This document shows positions 24,933-33,356 of a stretch of DNA of 38,489 bases, piece after piece. The DNA lies in the IMG/VR virus record IMGVR_UViG_3300025637_000028, positions 1 through 38,489 of that record; one strand, given 5' to 3'. The number at the start of each line of letters is the position of its first letter. The stretch's first letter is position 1. The position numbers and the translations under genes were made by a program. This DNA comes from a virus (Duplodnaviria > Caudoviricetes). Below the pieces are notes generated by a model. That model was not told the origin of the DNA. It was given only the letters and a program-made list of their open reading frames with translations, and did not search any database.

Positions 24933-27473
24933 ATGGGGGCTAAATCTGTATTTGATATCGTCGCTGGTAGTTTAAAGAATAGCGTGGCCCGCCGTATGGA
25001 GAGGGCGCAGGATCAAGGGTACACGGAAGATTTGTATCACGGGACGCACTCGGATTTTGATTCTGTTGACCCTGACAAAGTGGATTTGGGTATTCACTTA
25101 GGCACAGATCAGCAAGCTAACAACCGTTTGAAAGACACGCGAGGTTCTGGAAGCCGCTACTCAGGAGATAATTTTAGAGAAGGCGCAAACATAATTCCTG
25201 TAAAAGCGCGTTTAGGCAAATCGCTAGAGATGTCAGACGTTGGAGATTGGAGTAACAGCAATCAAGTTTTTGAGGGTCTACGTCATAACAAAGCGTTTAA
25301 TAGCGATGATGATCAATTCCTGATCAACAACATTCTTGAAGAAATAGATCAGTTGTATGCAGAGATGGGAGAAGATTTTCTTCAAAGTCCTGAGAACAGG
25401 ATGATGCTAGATGAAGCCAGAAACATAATTAAAGGCAAGGGCTACAACTCTATAAAATATCTGAACGAAGTTGAAAATAACTACGGATCAGGTGCGGGCA
25501 TAACAAAAGCGGGTGATGCAAGGTCGGCAGAGTTACGAGAGCAAGTAAAAGCTATTGACGATGGTGTTCGGGCGCGTATGCCGAAAAAAGAAGCACCCCC
25601 CATGAACGCTACCCAAGAGCAAATAGAAAATTACATCAGTTATAACCCTTTAGACTTCACAACCTCTGCGGAAACGAAAAAACGTGATGCGTTAATGACC
25701 GAACTAAACGGGGTCTTTGATAACCCGAAATACCAACAAGACCCTAATTCGTACATATCATTAGACCCTTCAAACGTGCGGTCGAAATATGCTCAGTTTA
25801 ATGATGGTGAAAGCGACAACCTGTTAGCCAGCGTGGGTACTACTGCGTTGGGTGCTGTGTTTACCGCTTCAGCCTTGGCTCCCCAGGATGCAGAAGCTGG
25901 CCCAGTTGCAAACGCGATCCACATTGGTCAGCGAATAATAGACCTGGGCATGTTAAAGGCTGATTCGATCAACAATCCAAGAGCGATAAAACTCGCAACT
26001 AATAAGTACAACAAGCTGATGAAAGAAAATGAGGCTTTTGCTGACAGAGAGCGAAAAGCCTACGCAAACGGTTTTGAGACGATCTTTAACCCAACTGAAC
26101 TACCACCAAGAAAAATAATAACGCCAGAAGATTTGCAGGGTAAAACAATAGCGCCTGTTCGCGGAGACAGAAGTGACCTTGGACACTTGACGCAGGTCGG
26201 TGGTCAAAAAGTAGACGTTGACGTTCAGGCCGGTAAGAAGTTTACCCGTCAAAACGGCGGGTGGGCATCGGCAGAAGGTATTGCTCAAGGCCAACACGCT
26301 AAATTAGTGGACGCTGCGGAAGCCACTCAAAACGATGTCGTTGGTGTTTATAACGCTATGGGCGAGGACTCTGTCAATTTCAGTACGCCAATTGCACAGG
26401 GGATGTTTCAGCAAATACCTGCACTTCAAAAGCTAGACCTTGCAGATGTCAAAAAGTTTGATGAAGAAGTGAGAGCGTTTAAAAAGACCACTAAGAAAAA
26501 AGACGGGACAACAGTTGTTTCATATCCGATGAAAGATTGGGTCGGACTCGATCACCCAGAAGCTATGAGCCAGATTATGGGTAAAGACGGCTACCCCCAG
26601 CATGGCGCTCTGAGAACAGTCTTAACAACGACTATGAAAAAAGCGCACTATCGAGATCGAGGGTTCCCTAGCTACGAAGAGATGGTCAAAGCAGTCGAAG
26701 ACCCTGAACTTGCAGGAGCAAATTATGGGGACTCAGGCATCAGCACATACAATGTGGACGCATCGAAGGGTATCGAGCCAATCGATTACCACGACAGCTA
26801 CTCACATAGAATGCCTGGTGACGATAACGGCGGTCTTGAGCAATCTCTGCCTTTTGAGGTTTTCTTTCCCGAAAGCTATAAAAGGTACAGGAACACGAAA
26901 ACTCGGTCTGGGAAGCTAATGACTCACGACCAGGCAATTGTGGCGATGAACATACGGAAAGATGGGTATGAAGTTGCTGACCAGAAATGGCTCGATGGAG
27001 TAGAGAAGTACAAGGCAGAAATAGCAGCAGGCACAATAACCGCCGGTTTTGCTGGATCAGCCGCCGCAGCCGAACCGGACACAGGCGAAAAGAACTACGA
27101 TGCGATCTACGCGGAGCGGGATGCCAGAAATACGATGAGTCCCCGTGAGCGCAAACACGCGCCAAGAGCCTCAAAGGCTTTGCGGGATCACACGCTTTCA
27201 ACAATGCTCCCTTCGTTTGGCAACGCTGTACAAGGGGTGATTGAAACTGGCGCAGAAACCCTCGACTACTTGAACCCTGTTAATCTGATTCGGTTGCAGT
27301 ACGATCCTGCCAACGAGGGTCTTAGCAGATTCACTGCACCTTCTATAGTGAGTCCGGTGAGCAACCTTGTTGACCCTGTGGTGAAGCCTCTTTTGTACGA
27401 CGAGGATGACCCAGAAGCGGTGGAAAGGGCAGAAAAAGCTAAAGAATTTGGTAAATTATTTAGCCCTATTTAA
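24933..27473 (+). CDS. Large polyvalent protein with N-terminal ADP-ribosyltransferase-like (ART-PolyVal-like) domain
   Basis: GGAG RBS; LYHGT, GIHLG, NIIPVKAR, KGYNSIKY.NEVE and SYISLDPSNVRSKYAQF motifs; second unknown domain at about aa 390-700. Confidence 0.72.
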   Translation: MGAKSVFDIVAGSLKNSVARRMERAQDQGYTEDLYHGTHSDFDSVDPDKVDLGIHLGTDQQANNRLKDTRGSGSRYSGDNFREGANIIPVKARLGKSLEMSDVGDWSNSNQVFEGLRHNKAFNSDDDQFLINNILEEIDQLYAEMGEDFLQSPENRMMLDEARNIIKGKGYNSIKYLNEVENNYGSGAGITKAGDARSAELREQVKAIDDGVRARMPKKEAPPMNATQEQIENYISYNPLDFTTSAETKKRDALMTELNGVFDNPKYQQDPNSYISLDPSNVRSKYAQFNDGESDNLLASVGTTALGAVFTASALAPQDAEAGPVANAIHIGQRIIDLGMLKADSINNPRAIKLATNKYNKLMKENEAFADRERKAYANGFETIFNPTELPPRKIITPEDLQGKTIAPVRGDRSDLGHLTQVGGQKVDVDVQAGKKFTRQNGGWASAEGIAQGQHAKLVDAAEATQNDVVGVYNAMGEDSVNFSTPIAQGMFQQIPALQKLDLADVKKFDEEVRAFKKTTKKKDGTTVVSYPMKDWVGLDHPEAMSQIMGKDGYPQHGALRTVLTTTMKKAHYRDRGFPSYEEMVKAVEDPELAGANYGDSGISTYNVDASKGIEPIDYHDSYSHRMPGDDNGGLEQSLPFEVFFPESYKRYRNTKTRSGKLMTHDQAIVAMNIRKDGYEVADQKWLDGVEKYKAEIAAGTITAGFAGSAAAAEPDTGEKNYDAIYAERDARNTMSPRERKHAPRASKALRDHTLSTMLPSFGNAVQGVIETGAETLDYLNPVNLIRLQYDPANEGLSRFTAPSIVSPVSNLVDPVVKPLLYDEDDPEAVERAEKAKEFGKLFSPI

Positions 27474-27477
27474 AAAA

Positions 27478-27670
27478 ATGTGACTTATTTGCTATTTAGC
27501 TTGTAAGTCATTGATTTATAAGGGGTATTGTACAAGCCATCATCGGCGCAACCGAAATAATTCTCTTTGTTTTCAAGCACTTAACTCCATGCTGCTCCAT
27601 GTCCTTGCCTTTACAGATCGGGGTAAAACGGTACACTGCCCTTTCAAGATGTGACTCAGGTTGCAATTTT
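27478..27670. other. attP, predicted to target the 5' end of host dusA
   Basis: Intergenic, next to the integrase; core-like CCATCATCGGCGCAAC encodes VAPMM on the minus strand; flanked by IHF-like sites (27504-27516, 27571-27583) and ATGTGACT repeats (27478, 27649). Confidence 0.8.
27508..27600 (-). pseudogene. dusA: Replacement 5' fragment of tRNA-dihydrouridine synthase A
   Basis: ATG at 27600 preceded by AAGGCAAGGAC; reads MEQHGVKCLKTKRIISVAPMMACTIPLINQ*, where SVAPMM.T matches the DusA N-terminal motif. Confidence 0.75.
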
Positions 27671-27729
27671 GAGATAAAAAACATAAATAAACTGTTGTAG
27701 AAACAGTCAACTTATAGGGCGAGTTTAGC

Positions 27730-28752
27730 ATGGCAACATTTACAAAGAAAAAGACGTCAAAAGGTGTTATCAGACACATGGCACAAATAAGGCGCGTTGA
27801 CCTGAAGAAGCCAATATCTAAGACATTCACCCTTAAAGAAGATGCCAAAGCGTGGGCCAGAGACACTGAGGCCGCTATTGAGCGTGGCGAGTATTGCCAA
27901 GAAGAAACAAATTTCGGGTTGCTGTGCCGCAGGTACTCATCTGAGTTGTGGCCTATACAAAAGTGGGGTCGGACTAAGAGCGATCACATAGAGTACCTCA
28001 GACGCTCATCTCTGGGCCGTTTAAAGTTAAAAGACCTAACTACCAAGGCTATTATGGACTACGCCATAGGCAGAGGTAGACACCCGTCTACGGTGATGGG
28101 CGAGATGATTCAACTTGGGGTGATCCTATCTACTGCTAAAGATATGTGGGAATTAGACTACGACCTCGAAGTGTATCGGAAGGCGCACAGAACATTAAAG
28201 CGTATCGGTGTCATTGGTGAGAGCGATCACAGAGACACGCGGTGCAGCGACAGGGAGCTAGATTTAATACTGGCGAATGTTGGTTACACCAAAATGCCTA
28301 TTGCTGAGTTGGCTAGATTCGCTATTCATACCGCAATGCGCAGAGCAGAGGTTGTGCGTCTTGAGTGGGATGATCTTGATCTGACTGAGGGTGAAGAATC
28401 GGTGTTAATTCGACGGCGTAAACACCCGAAGAAAAAACGTGACGAGCGGGTGCCTTTGCTGCCAGAAGCGGTAGAAATTATCAAAAAGCAGATTTCCGTG
28501 TCTGGCGAAGAGAAGTTTATATTTCCATATGATGGCGACAGCGTGTCAAATGCCTTCAGAAAAGCGCGTGAGAAAGCCGGTGTAGGTGAAATCCGCTGGC
28601 ACGACTTGCGCCATGAAGGATGCAGCCGCTTGTTTGAAAGAGGTTTAGATGCGATGACAGTGAGCCTGTTCAGCGGTCACAAGGACTTGAACATGCTCAA
28701 ACGCTACACGCACCTCACACCAAAAAAGGTTTTGGCGATGCTGTCTAACTAA
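27730..28752 (+). CDS. int: Tyrosine integrase (Rci-like / dusA-associated type)
   Basis: AQIRR...SKTF...DAKAWA N-terminus; catalytic TAMRRAE, HDLRHEG, SGHKD, LKRYTH. Confidence 0.93.
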   Translation: MATFTKKKTSKGVIRHMAQIRRVDLKKPISKTFTLKEDAKAWARDTEAAIERGEYCQEETNFGLLCRRYSSELWPIQKWGRTKSDHIEYLRRSSLGRLKLKDLTTKAIMDYAIGRGRHPSTVMGEMIQLGVILSTAKDMWELDYDLEVYRKAHRTLKRIGVIGESDHRDTRCSDRELDLILANVGYTKMPIAELARFAIHTAMRRAEVVRLEWDDLDLTEGEESVLIRRRKHPKKKRDERVPLLPEAVEIIKKQISVSGEEKFIFPYDGDSVSNAFRKAREKAGVGEIRWHDLRHEGCSRLFERGLDAMTVSLFSGHKDLNMLKRYTHLTPKKVLAMLSN

Positions 28753-28952
28753 TTTTCAGCCATCCTATCCATGCCCTCAGAGCGTTTCTGATCAAAAAAA
28801 CGCTCTACAACTTCCTTGTCTGCCACTCTGCGCTTACCCAACTTGTACGTTGGGATGGGGAACTGTTTATTGTGCAGCGCATTGTGTAAGCCTTTAAGGC
28901 TCATCGACATAATCTCTGCAAGTTCCTGCATGGTGTAATACGGTCTGATCAT
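28749..28952 (-). CDS. Excisionase-like / PrtN-AlpA-like winged-helix protein
   Basis: 67 aa: YYTMQELAEIM...FPIPTYKLGKRRV; convergent with the integrase. Confidence 0.75.
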   Translation of the reverse strand: MIRPYYTMQELAEIMSMSLKGLHNALHNKQFPIPTYKLGKRRVADKEVVERFFDQKRSEGMDRMAEN

Positions 28953-28960
28953 TTGTCTCT

Positions 28961-30319
28961 CTAGTCTCTTATTTCAGTTTTTCTTAGCTGCTCGACCACA
29001 TTCAATAATGAATCCTGTGTCTCACATTTATTTTTTAAAGCATCAAGAACCGCATAGTCTGCCGAATTTTCGGCAAGCAAATGCATTACGCGCACGGGCT
29101 TTGTTTGCCCCTGGCGATGTAGTCTCGCGTTAAACTGCTGGTAAAGTTCAAGGCTGTAGGACAGCCCGTACCACACGATCAGGCTGCCACCCTTCTGCAA
29201 ATTCAACCCGTGGCCTGCGGAAGCAGGGTGGGTGAGCAGAACCGGAATCTGTTTTTTATTCCATCTATCGATAACGCTGGGGTCTTTGTCTAAAACGACA
29301 GCGTAAGGGATTGCGCCTTTTATTTTTGAGAGGTCGCTTTTGTACGAATAAGCGATCAAGACTGGCTCGTTGGCGGCTTCGACGATGTCAATAAGCGCGT
29401 CCAACTTTGCGGCATGTATATTAATAAAGTCCCCATCTTCTGTATATAGGTTACCGTTGCATATTTGCAACAATTTGTTGCACTGAACGGCAGCGTTAAC
29501 AGAAAGAATATCACCGCCGTCATATGCGACTAGAAAATCACGCTTCATATCCTCATAGGCTTTGCGGCCCTTTGGCGGCAAAACAACAGGCACATTAATA
29601 TCTATGCGCTCTGGCAAGTCGAGATAGTCATCGGCATTCATGCGTAAAACAACGTCAGCAACTGCGCGGTGAATCGCATCTGCTCGATCAGGTTTGACAG
29701 CCCACTGGTTCCACTGCGGGTTGCCGACCAACGTGCAATACTTTGTTAAGAACTTGCCTCTGGTCTTCTCCAGGCGCTGCCCCTGGTCGAGCAAGTACAG
29801 TTGCGGCCACAGTTCTAGCAGCGCGTTGGGTGCCGGTGTGCCTGTTAGCTGCACCATGCGCTTAACCTTGCCCAGAACCTTCCGCAGCGCCTTCCATCGC
29901 TTTGAGGTGTGAGATTTAAAGCTGCTGCTTTCGTCGATAACAACGCAGTCGTAAGGCCACGACTGGCCCAGTTGATCGACCAGCCACGGAATGTTCTCGC
30001 GGTTAATTATGTGCAGGTCTGTGTCATCGTCCAGAGCGTTAAGACGTTTTGGTGCTGTAAGTCCTGCTAAGACTGTATATCGCATGTCGATATGCGACCA
30101 TGTAGCTATCTCAGTCGGCCATGTGTGCGTTGCAACGCGCAACGGAGCAATGACTAGCGTCTTTTTTATCTTCTTATCACGCTTTAAATCAGATAAGGCT
30201 GTGAGGGTGGACACGGTTTTTCCTAAACCCATGTCAATCCAGAGTGCAGCTCCCGAATTACATAAAACAAAATCAACAGCCTTTTCCTGATAAGCGTGTA
30301 GGTTTTTGCGGTCTAACAT
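28961..30319 (-). CDS. SNF2-family helicase
   Basis: DMGLGKT, VIDESS, LTGTP, SAGHGLNLQ and QFNARLHRQGQ motifs. Confidence 0.95.
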   Translation of the reverse strand: MLDRKNLHAYQEKAVDFVLCNSGAALWIDMGLGKTVSTLTALSDLKRDKKIKKTLVIAPLRVATHTWPTEIATWSHIDMRYTVLAGLTAPKRLNALDDDTDLHIINRENIPWLVDQLGQSWPYDCVVIDESSSFKSHTSKRWKALRKVLGKVKRMVQLTGTPAPNALLELWPQLYLLDQGQRLEKTRGKFLTKYCTLVGNPQWNQWAVKPDRADAIHRAVADVVLRMNADDYLDLPERIDINVPVVLPPKGRKAYEDMKRDFLVAYDGGDILSVNAAVQCNKLLQICNGNLYTEDGDFINIHAAKLDALIDIVEAANEPVLIAYSYKSDLSKIKGAIPYAVVLDKDPSVIDRWNKKQIPVLLTHPASAGHGLNLQKGGSLIVWYGLSYSLELYQQFNARLHRQGQTKPVRVMHLLAENSADYAVLDALKNKCETQDSLLNVVEQLRKTEIRD

Positions 30320-30576
30320 AGCAACGCTTTCCCTTTTTCAATATCATCTATGATATGTACGATAAAGCCGACAGCCTTTAACTTTCTATGGATTGCCTGC
30401 TGGTAAGGGGTCGGTAGCTTACCTGGCCCTTTAAACTCAACGATCACTAATGATCCATTCTTAAAATACATGCGGTCTGGAACTCCACGCTGAGAGGGTG
30501 ATACCCATTTATAAGATAGCCACCCGTTAGCCTTTGCGGCCTGAGTTACCTTCGTTTCGATGTAAGACTCTCTCAC
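30313..30576 (-). CDS. VRR-NUC domain nuclease
   Basis: ESYIE, GVPDR, VEFK and Q motifs. Confidence 0.92.
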   Translation of the reverse strand: MRESYIETKVTQAAKANGWLSYKWVSPSQRGVPDRMYFKNGSLVIVEFKGPGKLPTPYQQAIHRKLKAVGFIVHIIDDIEKGKALLC

Positions 30577-32477
30577 TTTCGATACCGTTGGCTTTCGTAG
30601 CCTTCCGCTGTTACTGGCAGACCTACAGCCCAGTCAGGCAAAACGCACATTAGTTTTTCAAATTCAGCCAGAGACCCGAAGCCATTAGGCACATCGGCCA
30701 CGATTTCATCGTGAACGTGAAGGACAATTGGATAGTTTGCTTTTTCAAGTCTTAGAATTGCTTCAGCAAGAAGGTCTCTGGCGACAGCCTGTGTGATCGA
30801 CTGAACGAGTGAGCCGCCATAGGCTTTAATTTGACCCCATTTGTGCGTGTGGTTATTCATGCCGTTGTAGACCAAATCCATACCGCGATCACCTTCTACA
30901 AATTTGGCTTGCGGAAACGACAAAATTCGGCGGCTGGGTAATCTGAAAAGGAGGTCGCCCTTCACAAATTTAAACGCGCCCTTGGCACACTCATAGTCAA
31001 CATCACGGTTGTCTTTATAGCTAATGGCGTTGCGGGCTTGTTTCTCAACTTTCACCCACAATTTCACGATTGGGTCGTTGGCCTCACGCCAGTCGTTGCG
31101 AATTTTAAGTGCCTGATCTTCAGTAACCTCAGTTCCGTAAGCCTCAGACATTTTCTGGAACGCTCTCACGCCGCCTTGGTATCCAAGGGCCAACGTGGCT
31201 ACTTTGCCGACAAAGCGTTGGTCGTAATTCACATCGCCGTACGCTATTCCGTACATCTCAGCGGCTGTGTACTTATATATGTCTTTGTTATCTTTAAAAA
31301 TGTCGAGTGCATCGTAGTGGCCTGCAAGCCAGGAAAGAACACGCGCTTCAATGCTTGAGTAGTCAGACACGACTAGCCTGTTACCCTCAGATGCAATCAA
31401 CATTCCGCGCAGACAACTGGCTAACGACTCCATCGGCTCACCGTCAATCTCACTTGGCTCTCGCAGAGTCATTTGCTCAATGACCGCATCAACATCTTTG
31501 ATGGTGGGTCGCGGTAAGTTTTGCGGCTGGAAGCCTCTGCCTGACCAGCGTCCTGTTGCAGCGCCGTGATACATCAGCACACCATGTGCGCGGCCATCGC
31601 CACCCAGAAGGGTCTTCATCGATTCATATTTCTTGGTGCTGGAGCGTGACAATGCCTGCCTTATTTCAAGAAATTTCTTGACGTTTTCGGGGCATGAATC
31701 GTCTGACATAGCCTCTGCAATAGCGGCTTTGTCGTAGCTTGCGATGGTGTAACCCTGTTGCTCAATCCACATCATGGACTTGGCGCGTGACCCTGTTGAA
31801 TCCATCTGGTTGTTGGTTATCTTTTTAACCTGTGCGTTCAGCACAAGTGAGTGCTTATCGATGATGTCCAGCGCGTTGAAAATGGAGTCGCGGTCAAGTC
31901 TTACGCCGCGCCAGTTAATTAACTGATCCACGATCCACACTTGTTCTTCAATACCACGCAGTGGTCTTAATTTATTTCGTATTTCACGCTCGGCTACAAC
32001 GTCCTGGAGGCAGTAGTCGCACAATTCTTTAAATAGTTCTGGGTCTTTCCTGCGCTCACCGCGATAAGGCTTGCACAGCCTCTGGATAAGCAGCTTGCCG
32101 CGCTTAGACTTTGCGGCATCACCAGTCAGGCCAAGCGCCTCGCCGCATTTTCCCAATGCACGGGGGTAAGCCTGTGCGGCTGCAAGGGCTGCGGTATCTC
32201 GCCACTGGCTTATAGGCACTTCGGGCCAGCCTAGTACCTGACTCCAAATGCTCATCTCAAAAAAACTATTCCACGCCCACAAAACAGCGCCGCCTGTTAT
32301 TAAATTAAACAGTGCTGTTGGGACTGGCATATCAGGTGTCCACAGTTTTGGCTCACCGTCATCGACGGCGTAAGCAAGGCATAGAACCTTAGTGCTGTGG
32401 TGATCGGCATAGGCATAAGCCCCAGCCTTGAAAATATCGCATTCGCTGTATGTCTCAAAATCGATTGAGATTTTCAT
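30573..32477 (-). CDS. DNA polymerase, family A (Leu762 type)
   Basis: Exonuclease IDFETYS and YCLQDV; ATGRWSG, motif A DYSSIEAR, motif B RFVGKVATLALGY, motif C HVHDE; ATG 32477 overlaps the upstream stop. Confidence 0.95.
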   Translation of the reverse strand: MKISIDFETYSECDIFKAGAYAYADHHSTKVLCLAYAVDDGEPKLWTPDMPVPTALFNLITGGAVLWAWNSFFEMSIWSQVLGWPEVPISQWRDTAALAAAQAYPRALGKCGEALGLTGDAAKSKRGKLLIQRLCKPYRGERRKDPELFKELCDYCLQDVVAEREIRNKLRPLRGIEEQVWIVDQLINWRGVRLDRDSIFNALDIIDKHSLVLNAQVKKITNNQMDSTGSRAKSMMWIEQQGYTIASYDKAAIAEAMSDDSCPENVKKFLEIRQALSRSSTKKYESMKTLLGGDGRAHGVLMYHGAATGRWSGRGFQPQNLPRPTIKDVDAVIEQMTLREPSEIDGEPMESLASCLRGMLIASEGNRLVVSDYSSIEARVLSWLAGHYDALDIFKDNKDIYKYTAAEMYGIAYGDVNYDQRFVGKVATLALGYQGGVRAFQKMSEAYGTEVTEDQALKIRNDWREANDPIVKLWVKVEKQARNAISYKDNRDVDYECAKGAFKFVKGDLLFRLPSRRILSFPQAKFVEGDRGMDLVYNGMNNHTHKWGQIKAYGGSLVQSITQAVARDLLAEAILRLEKANYPIVLHVHDEIVADVPNGFGSLAEFEKLMCVLPDWAVGLPVTAEGYESQRYRK

Positions 32478-32761
32478 ATTATCGGTCTCTTTAACCACTC
32501 AGTTGATAAAGTGTTGATGGCACTCTGGTAACTTAGACGCTGCTTTTTTGATGGTTTGTTGCGTTTTTTTGGATCAAGGTCTTTGTCTTCGATAAAAACG
32601 GAACGTATGGTGCCAGCCCTTTTTTTCTTCATACCCATGCGGTTCTTCAGCAGGGCGTATGGGATGTCTGCAAGTTCCGCGATCTCTTTGATAACGACAC
32701 TTTTGCCAGATAGGTCTGGGTATCGAGAACCAACGTATGGATAAGACAAAGTTGCTTTCAT
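32474..32761 (-). CDS. Basic hypothetical protein, possible HTH
   Basis: ATG 32761 with GAGG RBS; IKEIAELADIPYALLKNRM. Confidence 0.7.
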   Translation of the reverse strand: MKATLSYPYVGSRYPDLSGKSVVIKEIAELADIPYALLKNRMGMKKKRAGTIRSVFIEDKDLDPKKRNKPSKKQRLSYQSAINTLSTEWLKRPII

Positions 32762-32770
32762 AAAAACCTC

Positions 32771-32796
32771 AAAAAAAGGGGCTGACACGCAGCCCC
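32771..32796 (-). terminator. Rho-independent terminator after the SSB gene
   Basis: Minus strand GGGGCTG-CGTGT-CAGCCCC-TTTTTTT. Confidence 0.8.
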
Positions 32797-32807
32797 GATC
32801 AACTTAC

Positions 32808-33356
32808 TCAGCTAAGAAAATCATCATCAGCAGCGTCATCTGCTTGTTCAGAAGAAATATCGTCAAACATCTCTTCGACTTTCACGCCACCAGCCCCAAA
32901 AGTTTCGCCGTCTTTCACGAACTGAAGGGCTAACAAGTTACAGTTAACGCGCTTGCCCCATGTGTTGTTTTGTACCCAAAGTGAAATTGCAGCGTTTACA
33001 TAGCAACCGGCGTACAGCTTTCCGTCTTCTTCAACCAACTGAACTCGGTCGCGGTCGATGGTGCTTGGCCGCTGGCGGCTGGAACAGCTAACAAACATTG
33101 CATTTTCATAGCCGTCATATGCTTTTTCATTGCCGTCCCCCAAAAAGGTCTTCAAACCCTTTGGTATCTCGCCGTTAAAGCTAACCGTTGCGGCTTGCTT
33201 TATCGCTTTTTTAAGCTGGTCGAGTTGTTCTTTGTCGCCATCTTTATCGAGCAATAGATTTGCTGAGTATTTAGCTGTTTGGCCCTCTACATATGCCTTC
33301 GGAGTCCAGATTTGTGGGAATGATAAGCGTACATTTTTAAGCGTGATTGTAGTCAT
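32808..33356 (-). CDS. Single-stranded DNA-binding protein (DUF2815, T7 gp2.5-like)
   Basis: NVRLSFP, KYSA, YAGCYVNA and LQFVKDGE.F motifs; acidic C-terminal tail. Confidence 0.9.
   Translation of the reverse strand: MTTITLKNVRLSFPQIWTPKAYVEGQTAKYSANLLLDKDGDKEQLDQLKKAIKQAATVSFNGEIPKGLKTFLGDGNEKAYDGYENAMFVSCSSRQRPSTIDRDRVQLVEEDGKLYAGCYVNAAISLWVQNNTWGKRVNCNLLALQFVKDGETFGAGGVKVEEMFDDISSEQADDAADDDFLS

Noticed and set aside
27691-27707. LexA box upstream of int (ACTGTT-gtaga-AACAGT)
   Set aside because: Spacing is CTGT-n7-ACAG, not n8; may still be an operator for another protein
27730-28752. Shufflon-type invertase switching tail fibres
   Set aside because: No inverted fibre cassettes or sfx-like repeats seen; the adjacent dusA-like att core and xis explain the gene
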